The position numbers were made by a program, and so were the translations under genes. The notes below the pieces were generated by a model. That model saw nothing but the letters and a program-made list of their open reading frames with translations, ran no database searches and had not been told where the DNA came from. From Promethearchaeota archaeon (GTDB lineage Archaea; Asgardarchaeota; Lokiarchaeia; Sigyniarchaeales; SOKP01): DNA of 64,000 nucleotides. Shown piece after piece: positions 31,264 to 41,874 of this stretch (position 1 is its first letter; each line of letters opens with the position of its first letter). The DNA lies in assembly GCA_048938025.1 (NCBI GenBank), contig JBHLMP010000008.1, positions 1 through 64,000 of the forward strand. Reading direction: 5' to 3'.

Positions 31264-32034
31264 TTGTCTGTTAATGATACGTTAAATGAAGTGGAGAAAA
31301 ATAATAAAAAAATAGCAATTATTTTAGCAATTTTATTTGCCTGCTTAATTTTAGCAGATTATGTTGTAATTTCAGTTTTGTTTAAATGGGCAGATTGGAT
31401 TGCACTTTTAATATTTAGCTTATTACTAATTGTACCTGCTTATATATCTAACGCATCAATGGTAATTACTGGTGGGGGTAAACCCATTGATGGTGGACGA
31501 AATTTCAGCGATGGAAGGAGAATATTTGGAGATCATAAAACTTGGAATGGTTTAAAAGGACCTTTATATATTGGCATTCCAATTTCTTTTTTCCTTTTTC
31601 TACTTTTTACAATTATATGGGCCCCTATAAAAGAAGTTATTGTTGATGCTACTGCTCAAGGACAATATCTTCTTTATGATGATGTAAAAATATTTGAATA
31701 CTATTTTAAAGGAGGACAAATTCCTATAAATTTCTTAGTGTTAATAATCCGAATCTTATTAGCTTCCTATGGAGCAGTTTTAGGTGATTTAATTGGTTCT
31801 TTTTTAAAAAGAAGATTTGATATTAAGAGTGGAGCTCCTTTTTGGATTGTTGATCAGTTAGATTTTGCTTTAATGGCATTATTTTTTGTCTCTATTCCAG
31901 GATTCATTTCACCAAGCTTATTTTTAATACCAGATATTCATATTATCATTTTTTTACTCATAATAACTCCAGCAGTTAGTATCATAGCAAATACAGTTGC
32001 ATATGTAATTGGTTTGAAGGATGTTCCATGGTAA
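31264..32034 (+). CDS. carS: CDP-archaeol synthase
   Basis: PAYISN, PIDGGR...DGRRIFGDHKTW, GDLIGSFLKRR, DQLDF, IGLKDVPW. Confidence 0.95.
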   Translation: MSVNDTLNEVEKNNKKIAIILAILFACLILADYVVISVLFKWADWIALLIFSLLLIVPAYISNASMVITGGGKPIDGGRNFSDGRRIFGDHKTWNGLKGPLYIGIPISFFLFLLFTIIWAPIKEVIVDATAQGQYLLYDDVKIFEYYFKGGQIPINFLVLIIRILLASYGAVLGDLIGSFLKRRFDIKSGAPFWIVDQLDFALMALFFVSIPGFISPSLFLIPDIHIIIFLLIITPAVSIIANTVAYVIGLKDVPW

Positions 32035-32042
32035 AAATAAGA

Positions 32043-32543
32043 CTATAAACCAACAACTTTACATTCAATTTTGATAGGTGTACCATTATTTTCAAAAAGT
32101 ACGAAATTTTCTAATAATCTATTTACAGCTTTAATATATTCTCCATTACACCCAATAGCAATTGCTCTTTCTTCATAAGAAAGAACTCCAACTACAATAT
32201 GCCTTTTACCAGTGAATATATTCATTTCTATTGTAATAGTATGTATGTATAGATCTGGGAAAAATCCGATTAATAATTTTATTAGAGTATTTTCTGCTCT
32301 AATTATTATTAGTTTTTTATCTTGGAACTGCCTTCTTATATATTTTAAATTCTTATTTGCTTTAAAGTAATATTCATTTCTAACAAAAAAGAATACAAAT
32401 CTCCCTATTATGATAACATTCTGGGGATAAACTTTAGTTCTTTCATGAAAATACTTAAAAAGTAGAAGTTCTTTGTTAGAAAATCTTTTACGGAAATGAA
32501 TAATTTGATAATAAATTAAATCATCGAGAATTGTGTAAAGCAT
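32043..32543 (-). CDS. archaeal NusA-like KH-domain protein (divergent)
   Basis: FFFV, ERAIAIGCNGEYIKAVN (GxxG KH loop). Confidence 0.65.
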   Translation of the reverse strand: MLYTILDDLIYYQIIHFRKRFSNKELLLFKYFHERTKVYPQNVIIIGRFVFFFVRNEYYFKANKNLKYIRRQFQDKKLIIIRAENTLIKLLIGFFPDLYIHTITIEMNIFTGKRHIVVGVLSYEERAIAIGCNGEYIKAVNRLLENFVLFENNGTPIKIECKVVGL

Positions 32544-32658
32544 ATTAAGATTTCTCTGAATAGTTTTAAAAACTTCTAGAAAAATCTTTCTAAAAATTAA
32601 GAAGATAATTAAATAAAAAGGTTTATTGATTGATATTCATAAATATTATTTATAAAAG

Positions 32659-33096
32659 ATGAAACAAATAGGTTTTAAGTTTCTAGATCATACCGCAGAT
32701 GTGAGTGTCGAGAGTTGGGGTTCTAATTTAGAGGAGGCTTTTTCTCAAACAGCTCTAAGTTTAATGACTACTATTACTCCAGATTTAGACAAAATTTCAC
32801 CAAAATTAGAAAAAAAAATTCAAATCGAAGCAGAAGATAAAGAAGCCTTGCTTTTTGATTTCCTTTCTGAATTTCTTTATTTATTTGATGTATATGATTT
32901 AGTATTTGGTGATATAATAGTACAAACAATTAAAAAAAGCCAAAACAGATATAAATTACAAGCATTTCTAAAAGGAGAGAAATTCGATAAGAAAAAACAT
33001 AAAATTGGAACAGAGGTAAAAGCAATAACATATTCTTTTATGAATATTGAAGAAAAAAAGAATATAGTTAAAATAAATATTGTTTTTGATATTTAA
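32659..33096 (+). CDS. archease
   Basis: FLDHTADV, EVKAITY, C-terminal VFDI. Confidence 0.95.
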   Translation: MKQIGFKFLDHTADVSVESWGSNLEEAFSQTALSLMTTITPDLDKISPKLEKKIQIEAEDKEALLFDFLSEFLYLFDVYDLVFGDIIVQTIKKSQNRYKLQAFLKGEKFDKKKHKIGTEVKAITYSFMNIEEKKNIVKINIVFDI

Positions 33097-33111
33097 TTCA
33101 AATTAAAGATT

Positions 33112-34596
33112 TTATCCCTTCACTACTCCTATAGGAACTAGTCTTACAATCTTCTCAATAATATCTAGATTATGACTAACTTGCACAACTTGATCAATAT
33201 CCTTATATGCTCCAGGTGCTTCTTCTGCTAATATCTTCATTGAAGCACTCTTTACTAAAATTCCTTTTTTTGCTAAGTCCTCTTTTATTTTTGTACCCCA
33301 ATATTTTTTAATAGCTTTTGATCTTGACATCATTCTTCCAGAACCATGAGCAGTAGAACCAAAGGAGAGCTCCATAGCCTTTGGTTTACCAACACATAAA
33401 TATGAAGCAGAACCCATCGTTCCCGGAATTAAAGCAGGTTGACCTATCGATTTATAATCATTAGGTAAATCTGGGTGTTCTGGGGGAAATGCTCTTGTTG
33501 CTCCTTTTCGATGCACATTTAATTTCATTCTTTTACCATTAATCTCATGCTCTTCTATCTTTAAAATATTATGACACACTCCATAAATTAAATGTAAATC
33601 TAATGCATCAATATCTTTTTTAAATGTATTTTGAAACGATTCTCTTATCCAATGAGTAATTAATTGACGATTAGTAAAGCCAAAATTAGCCGCACATGCC
33701 ATGCTTGATAGGTAATGTTGTGCTTCAGGAGTATTCGCTGGAACACAAGCCAATTCTCTATCTGGAACCTTAACATTATATTTATGCATTGCCTGTTCAA
33801 TGTTCCGCAAAGAATCTGTACAAACTTGATGTCCTAAAGCTCTACTTCCCGTATGTATCATAACAGTGATCTGATTTTTCTTAATAATTCCTAGCTCTTT
33901 AGCGATCTTTTCGTTATAGATTTCATCAACTTTTTGAATCTCAAGAAAATGATTTCCACTTCCTAATGATCCCAGCTGTTTAATTGCTCGTTGTTTAGCT
34001 TTTTGGGATATTAATTTGGCATCAGCACCCATTAAACAACCCTTTTCTTCACAATGTTTAAGGTCCTCTTCATTTGCATAGCCCTTATCTAGAGCCCAAT
34101 TCATTCCATCATTTAAAACATTATCTAAATCTGAATAATTAATATTTAATTTACCCTTGGATCCTAATCCTGAAGGAATATTTTTAAATATTGTATTTAA
34201 TAAATCTGGAAGTATATTTCTAATATCATTAAGCATTAAATTAGTTCTTAATAATCTTACACCACAATTTATATCATAACCTACCCCACCAGGAGAAATC
34301 ATACCATCTTCAGCATCTGTACCAGCGACTCCTCCAATACAAAATCCATATCCTTGATGAGCATCTGAAAGAGCAATAGCATGCTTTTGTATCCCGGGTA
34401 AACATGCAACATTAGCAATTTGATCTAAAGTTCGATCTAATTTTATTTTTTCTAAAATATAATCATTAGCGTAAATATGAACCGGCACTCTCATCTGAAA
34501 TTTTTCAATATTCCCTTGAATTCGTGCCATTAAAGTTTTAGGAGCGATTTCATAAATATTTTCTTCAATTTTGTTAACATTCATCTTAAATTTCAT
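33112..34596 (-). CDS. rtcB: tRNA-splicing ligase RtcB
   Basis: DAHQGYGF, GYDINCG, GSGNHFLE, HTGSR, HRKGAT, HGSGR, EEAPGAYK. Confidence 0.98.
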   Translation of the reverse strand: MKFKMNVNKIEENIYEIAPKTLMARIQGNIEKFQMRVPVHIYANDYILEKIKLDRTLDQIANVACLPGIQKHAIALSDAHQGYGFCIGGVAGTDAEDGMISPGGVGYDINCGVRLLRTNLMLNDIRNILPDLLNTIFKNIPSGLGSKGKLNINYSDLDNVLNDGMNWALDKGYANEEDLKHCEEKGCLMGADAKLISQKAKQRAIKQLGSLGSGNHFLEIQKVDEIYNEKIAKELGIIKKNQITVMIHTGSRALGHQVCTDSLRNIEQAMHKYNVKVPDRELACVPANTPEAQHYLSSMACAANFGFTNRQLITHWIRESFQNTFKKDIDALDLHLIYGVCHNILKIEEHEINGKRMKLNVHRKGATRAFPPEHPDLPNDYKSIGQPALIPGTMGSASYLCVGKPKAMELSFGSTAHGSGRMMSRSKAIKKYWGTKIKEDLAKKGILVKSASMKILAEEAPGAYKDIDQVVQVSHNLDIIEKIVRLVPIGVVKG

Positions 34597-34723
34597 AAGA
34601 AATTAATTTTCAAAAACTTTTTGATTTAGTTCTATAAAATTTAAAGATTTTTAGATTTCAAGTTCAAGAAATAAATTTAATTAATAGATGATAAAAATTT
34701 TTCTTAAAAAATAGATTAATATT

Positions 34724-35449
34724 TTATTTTATTTCTATAAAAGAAAGCAATCCCAAATCATCTAAACTGTCTATGATCCTCTGTATCTCCGATTCTGGCC
34801 TACCTGATTCCTCTGCAATTTCGGATAATGTATGAAAACCATCAGCTAAGTGAGCTGTTTTGTATTCTTTCTTATCTAAGAATCCCTGAGTAACTATTTG
34901 TTTAGGTAACCTGTTCGATGTCCACTCTGGCTTCTTATCAGTAACCTCTCGTAAATTTTCTTCAGAAATCACTAATCCTTTCTTAGCTATTTGTTTCTGC
35001 GATTTGCGAAAATCCTTCTCAAATATCTTTAATATTGGAATCTTTAGTTTTATCTCAGCAACTTTTCCACGCTGTAAAATCTCATCTATCTCTGGCTCAA
35101 ATCCACGAAAGATACGGACATCCCCAGACCAATTGTCAAGCTCACCACCATAATTAGCAGCAAATCTATTAATGATATATGTTAATGCTTTATGCGCAAT
35201 TTTAGCATCGTCATTCTTATCCGCTGCTACCGTACATAGCACTCCTTCCTGAAAAACAAGCAGCAAATAGAACACTTGCATATCTATTATTTTTAATTCC
35301 CCCGATCCCTTAGAAAACTCAACAGAAAAATCTTTTAGAGCAGTTAAAAAGCCACTTACCAAATCCTGATTAAATTCTATTGTCCCATACTTCCTATGGA
35401 TTAAACAAATTCCCGATATTTGATCTATAAGGTATAAATTGTGAATCAA
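34724..35449 (-). CDS. longin/roadblock-like domain protein with C-terminal winged helix
   Basis: N-terminal IHNLYLID..SGICL...DLVSGFLTAL (Asgard longin-like pattern); C-terminal DGFHTLSEIAEESG...LDDLGLL wHTH. Confidence 0.7.
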   Translation of the reverse strand: MIHNLYLIDQISGICLIHRKYGTIEFNQDLVSGFLTALKDFSVEFSKGSGELKIIDMQVFYLLLVFQEGVLCTVAADKNDDAKIAHKALTYIINRFAANYGGELDNWSGDVRIFRGFEPEIDEILQRGKVAEIKLKIPILKIFEKDFRKSQKQIAKKGLVISEENLREVTDKKPEWTSNRLPKQIVTQGFLDKKEYKTAHLADGFHTLSEIAEESGRPESEIQRIIDSLDDLGLLSFIEIK

Positions 35450-35596
35450 ACGGTTATTTCACCTCTTATTTTCAGTTTTTCACTTGATTAATTTCTTCTA
35501 ATATTCTTAATTGTATATTAAATAAAACTTTTCTAATATAAATTTCTTCATAATTTAAAAAACTACAACCAATCAGTTATTTTTGATCCATCTCCA

Positions 35597-36266
35597 CTAT
35601 AATTCAAGAGTTACTTTTTTTTCTTTTAAATTTTCATTTGAAAAATCAAGTTCTTTTTTATTTTTGGTATAACTGGCAGTTCCAAGCTTTTCAAGTTTTT
35701 TAAATGACTTGTCATTTCTAGGAGCCATTCTGGCTAAATTAACTGCTTCCATAAGTCTCTCGTAGATTTCGCCTTGGTAACCCATAAAATTAGCAAAAGA
35801 GACCGAAAATTGTAAGACAAGAAAAACGAGGAAGGATTTCCTTCCTCCTAATTCTCTTTTTAAATAGAGAAAAATAGTGATCAAACTATTACCCTTTGTT
35901 TCTCTCCTGACTATTTAAAGAGCACTTTTATTTTTGTGGTTTGTTAAGCATCTTGAAGGCAAATCCCTTTTTTCCCATTCATAACTGTTTTGAGGCTGAA
36001 GAGTAATAATCTTAATTAGAATGGCATCTGCCTTATCATACTCCTCATTATCGGCATATACTTGAGCTTGCTTAAAAAGAGTGGTAATACTCTCCGTAGT
36101 TTTTTCTAGCAATCTATTATCTCCGTGATTTGTAAGTCTTTACTCTTGTTTTCAGCAAATTTGTTCGAATTTTCGTTACCACTTTACTTTTTCTTATTTT
36201 CTCTTTTATTTGTTCTTCACGCCATTGCCAAGGGATTTCATATTCATAACGTTTGCTTTCGGTCAT
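35597..36266 (-). pseudogene. fragmented gene, probably TPR-containing
   Basis: Successive short frames: MTESKRYEYEIPWQW..., then LFKQAQVYADNEEYDKADAIL...PQNSYEWEKR, continuing as GFAFKMLNKP in another frame; several stops and frameshifts. Confidence 0.45.
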
Positions 36267-36357
36267 ATTTTATCAATTCTCAAAATTTAATTAAAATCAT
36301 TAATATCGTTGGTTCAAAATATTAAAAAAAAAAGAAAATATGAATAATTCTCATATT

Positions 36358-37500
36358 TTACTTAAGACGTTTTTCAAATACGACATGCCTCCTGATTGGT
36401 TTGCAGTGCGGAAATATTGAGTTTATTGCTCTCTCGTTGTTGACGCCCTTCGAATTTTTAGTCCAGATTGCAGTCCCTTCATAATACGTTAGACCACGCA
36501 TAGATCTATTGGTTGCTTGTCCAAAATTGTTTAATGAAGAAAATACTCCCATTCCATTATATCCTTTTCGTACCATAGCAGTATGAACATTTACACGTGA
36601 TATATAAGTCCCGCTCCAGTACTGATAGTGATCAAGTACTCCTATTAACATTCCAACAAGTCTATTTGTCTTTCTTTCGAGAACCATAGGAAACACCGTG
36701 ATCATATTTTCTAAGTCTGCTTCCTGCCATGCTTCAATGAATTCTGGAATATGTACATATCTTTCAAAAGGGTCATAACAGAATTTATGGTGAAAATAAG
36801 ATTTAGGTATATTTGTAGCTAAGTGAATGAGTTCCAGTATATTTTTCCTTCCACCACCAGAAGTATCAGGAAGTAAAGTGCTAAAAGAATCACCAGCAAG
36901 TTCTACGATATCATCTACTTTTTGCATTAATTCATCTAACGTAAGGCAACATAATTTTAGATTCTGAGCTAAGGTATTACCTTTCTTCCATGATTTTTCC
37001 AATACCTCTACACAAGTATATTCTGATTCAACTTCATAGCCTAATGCAGGTAAAAACTTACATAAGCTAGATCGTGGATCATTGAATGCTACTCCATAAA
37101 GCAGTGGTTGGTCAAATCCTTCTGTCTGTAAACCATATCCCATGGCATTTTTAGGAAAATTAATTGGTCCTCGAATTCTTCTAACTTTATTTTCTCTTGC
37201 AAATGCTTCACACTTTAAAAGGAGATTTCTACATACCTCTTTATTTTCAGCATATAACCATCCAAATGTTCCGCACTTTCTACTATAACTTTTATACTCG
37301 GGATTTATTTCAGAAAGCACAAAACCACATGGTTCAACACTTCGATATGCTATAAAGGCTTTTATTTCATAAGTTATTTCAGAAAATTTTTCTGATACAT
37401 AATCAAGTAAAGTATCGATAATGTATGGCTTTATCTTTTCATTAGGGGAATAGAGCAATGTCATAAGAGTGTTCTTAATTTCTTTGATGTCTTCTGTCAC
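36358..37500 (-). CDS. tandem GNAT-fold N-acetyltransferase-like protein (YghO-like)
   Basis: GTFGW, IRGPINF, GLQTEGFD, AMVRKGYNGMGV acetyl-CoA-binding-like motif. Confidence 0.7.
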   Translation of the reverse strand: MTEDIKEIKNTLMTLLYSPNEKIKPYIIDTLLDYVSEKFSEITYEIKAFIAYRSVEPCGFVLSEINPEYKSYSRKCGTFGWLYAENKEVCRNLLLKCEAFARENKVRRIRGPINFPKNAMGYGLQTEGFDQPLLYGVAFNDPRSSLCKFLPALGYEVESEYTCVEVLEKSWKKGNTLAQNLKLCCLTLDELMQKVDDIVELAGDSFSTLLPDTSGGGRKNILELIHLATNIPKSYFHHKFCYDPFERYVHIPEFIEAWQEADLENMITVFPMVLERKTNRLVGMLIGVLDHYQYWSGTYISRVNVHTAMVRKGYNGMGVFSSLNNFGQATNRSMRGLTYYEGTAIWTKNSKGVNNERAINSIFPHCKPIRRHVVFEKRLK

Positions 37501-37686
37501 GTATATTTTTATGGCTTCTTTATTAATTTTTTGTAAGACTTGAACGATGTCTAGATCACCTTTTTTTTTAATTATACTCTTCCATATCTATTTAAAGGAA
37601 AAAGTAGAAGGAAGGCAATCGTCTATCTTTTTCTTTATAAATATTCATTTGAATTTCATTGTAAAAATTAATAAAAATGCTAAGTT

Positions 37687-38853
37687 ATGATTGAAAAACA
37701 ACATATTTGTAGAAAATGTATTTTACCAGATGGATTTTTAGGTCTACAACTAAATTTGGATGGTGTATGCGACTTCTGTTCTGATCCTAATCATAAGGAT
37801 ATCAACTGGTCCCGCATTGTTATTGATAAAAAGAGAAGGGAAAATTATCTTTCTGATTGGAATACTGTTGTCGCTGAAATGAAAAATAATCACGAGAAAG
37901 TTAAGTATGATTGTGTGTTAGGGTATTCTGGTGGAAAAGATTCTACAGCACTTTTAGATTATTTAGTGAGTGAACTTGGTCTCACAACTTTGGCAGTAAC
38001 TACAGATACAGGCTTTATGACACCTATTGCGAAAGATAATATGAAAGAGACATTACAGCAAATCCATGTGGATCATATCTTAATTGAAGATGCCACAAGT
38101 ACTTTTACTAAGCTCTATAAGTTTCACTTCCTAAATCATTTTTCCACTGAGATATTTTTAGCACGAAATATCTGTGATTACTGTTCTGATTTAATTCACA
38201 GTATTGTGGTAAAAGAAGCGATGAAATATGAGGTCCCTTACGTACTATTTGGATATTCTCCTGATCAAATCTTCAGATATTTCTACGAAATGCCACAAGA
38301 AGAAGTTATTCATCATTGGAAGCCAGAAATTCTTAACAAAGATCCCTTTGATGAAAGAGATAGGAGATGGTATTTAACAGAACAAGAGATAAATAGCGAA
38401 AAAATACCGAGAGTCTTGCTCCCTTATCATGTAATTCCATATAGGGAAGAAGATATTATAAACCTTGTCGAATCTAAAAACTACATTAAAAAAGGACAGG
38501 CTGATCCATTGTTAACCAATTGTAATGTGGTGCATGCTGCAACCTTCTATGATTTTAATCGCTATGGTGGGATTCTTTATGCATACCAATATGCCGAATT
38601 AGTACGACAAGAACCAGAATCCAGAAAAAAGTGGCTACGAACCTTAAAAATCGTAGCTCCTTTAATTTTGGAAAATAAATTCAAAGAAAATGAGGTAACT
38701 CAATTCTTAGAGAAAATTGATGTTTCTCAAGAAGAATTGTTAGAACAGATTCATGCCCAATTAGAACAGGATCCGAACAGAGAACAAATTGAATTAAACA
38801 GGGACATGTTTCGAAAGAAAAGAAAAAAAACAATTAAACAAGCTATTTCTTAA
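37687..38853 (+). CDS. PP-loop ATP pyrophosphatase (N-acetyl-sugar amidotransferase/WbuX-like)
   Basis: CRKCILP...GVCDFC, YDCVLGYSGGKDST, CDYC, TNC. Confidence 0.8.
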   Translation: MIEKQHICRKCILPDGFLGLQLNLDGVCDFCSDPNHKDINWSRIVIDKKRRENYLSDWNTVVAEMKNNHEKVKYDCVLGYSGGKDSTALLDYLVSELGLTTLAVTTDTGFMTPIAKDNMKETLQQIHVDHILIEDATSTFTKLYKFHFLNHFSTEIFLARNICDYCSDLIHSIVVKEAMKYEVPYVLFGYSPDQIFRYFYEMPQEEVIHHWKPEILNKDPFDERDRRWYLTEQEINSEKIPRVLLPYHVIPYREEDIINLVESKNYIKKGQADPLLTNCNVVHAATFYDFNRYGGILYAYQYAELVRQEPESRKKWLRTLKIVAPLILENKFKENEVTQFLEKIDVSQEELLEQIHAQLEQDPNREQIELNRDMFRKKRKKTIKQAIS

Positions 38854-38940
38854 CTTTTTTTTCCTATTTTTTCTTTTACAATTTTACATTTTAATTATAT
38901 TATTAGTTCTATTTAAAAAGTTAAAAATATATAAAAATGC

Positions 38941-39753
38941 ATGGAACTATCAAAAAAAGGACGTTACAAATTATCACTTTTCATATGTCTCGTTTTAACC
39001 ATTACTGGGATTATTATTTTATATTACCTTAATTTTCCACTAATAATCCAAGCTTTTCAAGATTATGAAGGAGCATTGCAAGTCGTTTTGATTATATCCA
39101 TCAGAATGATAATCCTTTCCATAACTGCTTATTATTTATTTCATAAATGGTTTAAACAAGAAGCACAATATTTATCGGATATTCCATTCTTATTAGCTCT
39201 ATTTTTTCTTATCCTTACCTTTGGAAAGGCAATTGATTTACTTTGGGATCTTTCATTCTATACATTCAATGACTCTGTTGTTTTATTGTTTCTAAAATTC
39301 CGTTTTTTCATAATTATTTTCGAAGTAGCACCGCTAATTTATCTCGGTCTCGAAATTATATTTTTTAGGTTAGAGGATCGTTTTCAAAAATTAAAAGATA
39401 AACAATATATGAATAAACTAAGAATTACCTTAATATTAATTATTGTTAGTGTTGAGTCATTTGTAGTAATTATCGCTCCAAATAATACGACTATGGGTAT
39501 GCTCCTACCTAGTATTGTCATCCCTTCATTAGTAGGAATTGTATATATTTTTTACTTAGCCTATAGATTAAACCGTCTTACAGTAGTAAAACCTGGTATT
39601 TTAACCCTTGGATTTCTTTTATACTTGTTTTCTAGCATTTTTCGACCGCTCATGCAAAATATTTTAGGGGAAGAAGCAAGTTATATCATAATAACGGAAT
39701 TAGTTGACATATTTATTTTTGTAATAATTTTCTTTGGGTTATATAAGAAGTAA
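38941..39753 (+). CDS. multi-pass membrane protein (~8 TM)
   Basis: Regular hydrophobic helices, no catalytic motif recognised. Confidence 0.75.
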   Translation: MELSKKGRYKLSLFICLVLTITGIIILYYLNFPLIIQAFQDYEGALQVVLIISIRMIILSITAYYLFHKWFKQEAQYLSDIPFLLALFFLILTFGKAIDLLWDLSFYTFNDSVVLLFLKFRFFIIIFEVAPLIYLGLEIIFFRLEDRFQKLKDKQYMNKLRITLILIIVSVESFVVIIAPNNTTMGMLLPSIVIPSLVGIVYIFYLAYRLNRLTVVKPGILTLGFLLYLFSSIFRPLMQNILGEEASYIIITELVDIFIFVIIFFGLYKK

Positions 39754-39773
39754 AACCTTCTTTTTTCCTTTTT

Positions 39774-41726
39774 TTAATAAATTATACTCCAAAAAAATTG
39801 CGGAATTAATGAGATAAGGATTGTAAACAATAGAATCCACTCTATTATAGGTTGTATAAGGATACAATAGAGAAAAAATGTGAATAAGGGAGCAATTAAA
39901 CCGAATGTCCAACATCGATTCTGGTTTGTCCCATGAAAAAACATGACGTATAGGCTAAATAATAAAATAGAAAGAATAAATCCACCAAAAGCGATTCCAG
40001 CAGAGGAACCATGGATAAGTCTCATTGGTCCCGCTCTATCTAGACTAAAGATTCCCACAAAGATATATCCCACATTTCCCACTATACCAAAGATTAATCC
40101 AGATCTTGAAATTCCGTACCCAATGCGAAATTTTCTTAAAGGGATTGAGTTTTGAGGGAGTATCTGTTTGAATAGTACTATATTAAGTAATAATGTGGTA
40201 ATACCACCTAAAACACATGCGGAATTAAAAAGGTACGGAATTGGTGTAAATTGTATTGAACCTAAGCAACTAATTTCATGAGTAATAATACTAAAATTCG
40301 AAGTACCATAAAGATAGGCAACAAAAATACTGCTCATTAACATTAATAAATAAGCACAAAGTCCTCCTATTAGGACAAGACAAATTACCTTTTGAGAGGC
40401 ATAATTACCTTCGCTTGTAATGGTTAAGGATTCAAATCTTTTGTCTTCTAAGAAATACTGATAATTATTTTTTCTTTCTTTTATTTTTTTATTCGGCTTT
40501 GTGTCAATTCTAGTAAATAAATCCCATCCTTCTTGAATTAAATAAATTTCCTTACTAATATAACCCGAAAAATAGTTAAAAAGGATGAAATCTTCAAATA
40601 CTCCTAATTCTTTATTATACTTCCAGCTTGGAATATATCCTCTGGGAGAAAATCCAGCTTTTTGAAAGATCTTTTGATGTTCAGGAATATACCCTGATAG
40701 AAATACTTCACAATATCGTACATTAAGTTCATTTTTACATTTCATCAACTCTTGTACAAACACATATAAATCTTCCAAACTATTAACTTGATATTCTATT
40801 TTCTCAAAATTTTGGACATTAGGAGTATATAAGAACTTAAAAAAAGAAGAAGCTCCTTCAAAAGAGAATCGAATTGTTTCATATCCAAATTTATTTTTTT
40901 TGGAGTTTTTGATAAGTCTGTTCTTCAGATTAATTACTTTTTTAAAATTTAATTCTATGCTAGGATTTACAATTTTAAAATCTCCTAACTCATATCGCTT
41001 ATCAGAATATAAAAAACAGCTTTGCACTTCAGATAAGATCTGAGGTATTTCTTTACTTCTATAAAGCCGTAAAACTCTTTCATCATATAAAATTTGCATC
41101 ACATCAGATTCTACTTTACCTAAGAAAACATCTTTATTGGGATAGAACCCAATTGGAGCAATTCCACACACCCTCATGGAGTATTGTGATTTTGCATGAG
41201 CTGTACGATTTTCTACATACCAAATGTAAATTTCATTTTTGTATTTATGGCACATTCCTATCATGGAGCCAATCATCGCTTTAGTTATATCAATATGACC
41301 TTGATACTGTTTTCTTAACATAAAGCCTCGAATATATCCTCTCTTATTCTCAAAATCTAAAACAAAAGTAATACATCCTGCTACGTTAAATGAAGGATCT
41401 TGGTAGATAATCCATTGAATAGTTGGATCTTGTATCATTTTTTTCACTTCATCCTCATCTTCCATCTCTTTATAAGGATAGGTACCATCATACAATTCCT
41501 TGTAGATTTCTACGATTTCTGCTGCATCTTCAGGACAGGCAAGTCTTAAGATGGGATTAATTTTATGAGTATGGTTTCTATCAGAAATTTTAAAATCAAG
41601 ATACATCCCATTATGGATATTGGGATCAATTATATCCTCAAATGGTCTCAAAAACTCATCAGTAGAGACGCAAAATAATTCATTTAACGAGATTCTAGGA
41701 ATCGATACTGTTTCTTCGGAAAGCAT
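39774..41726 (-). CDS. GNAT-domain protein fused to a C-terminal DUF998-like membrane domain
   Basis: LRLACPEDA, RKQYQG; second GNAT-like half (FQKAGFSPRGYIP); ISCLGS...FN...GIFS...H membrane domain. Confidence 0.75.
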   Translation of the reverse strand: MLSEETVSIPRISLNELFCVSTDEFLRPFEDIIDPNIHNGMYLDFKISDRNHTHKINPILRLACPEDAAEIVEIYKELYDGTYPYKEMEDEDEVKKMIQDPTIQWIIYQDPSFNVAGCITFVLDFENKRGYIRGFMLRKQYQGHIDITKAMIGSMIGMCHKYKNEIYIWYVENRTAHAKSQYSMRVCGIAPIGFYPNKDVFLGKVESDVMQILYDERVLRLYRSKEIPQILSEVQSCFLYSDKRYELGDFKIVNPSIELNFKKVINLKNRLIKNSKKNKFGYETIRFSFEGASSFFKFLYTPNVQNFEKIEYQVNSLEDLYVFVQELMKCKNELNVRYCEVFLSGYIPEHQKIFQKAGFSPRGYIPSWKYNKELGVFEDFILFNYFSGYISKEIYLIQEGWDLFTRIDTKPNKKIKERKNNYQYFLEDKRFESLTITSEGNYASQKVICLVLIGGLCAYLLMLMSSIFVAYLYGTSNFSIITHEISCLGSIQFTPIPYLFNSACVLGGITTLLLNIVLFKQILPQNSIPLRKFRIGYGISRSGLIFGIVGNVGYIFVGIFSLDRAGPMRLIHGSSAGIAFGGFILSILLFSLYVMFFHGTNQNRCWTFGLIAPLFTFFLYCILIQPIIEWILLFTILISLIPQFFWSIIY

Positions 41727-41874
41727 TTTAAAATGATTTTTTTTGTATGTATTTGAAAATTAAGATCTACCTCATGTTAGTATATTTAAATAAAAAAGAG
41801 GAATATCAAGGTTTCATTTTTCCTTTATATAGAGTAAGAACTGAGGTCTGTTTGTACAAAAAGGTAAATTTCTT

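Noticed and set aside
23449-34596. Inteins in DP2, Cdc6 or RtcB
   Set aside because: Lengths are normal and no intein splice or LAGLIDADG motifs were noticed.
38855-38880. T-tracts directly after stop codons (also 39757-39775) as copies of the promoter motif
   Set aside because: They lack the adjoining TTTAAATA box and are better explained as oligo-T terminators.
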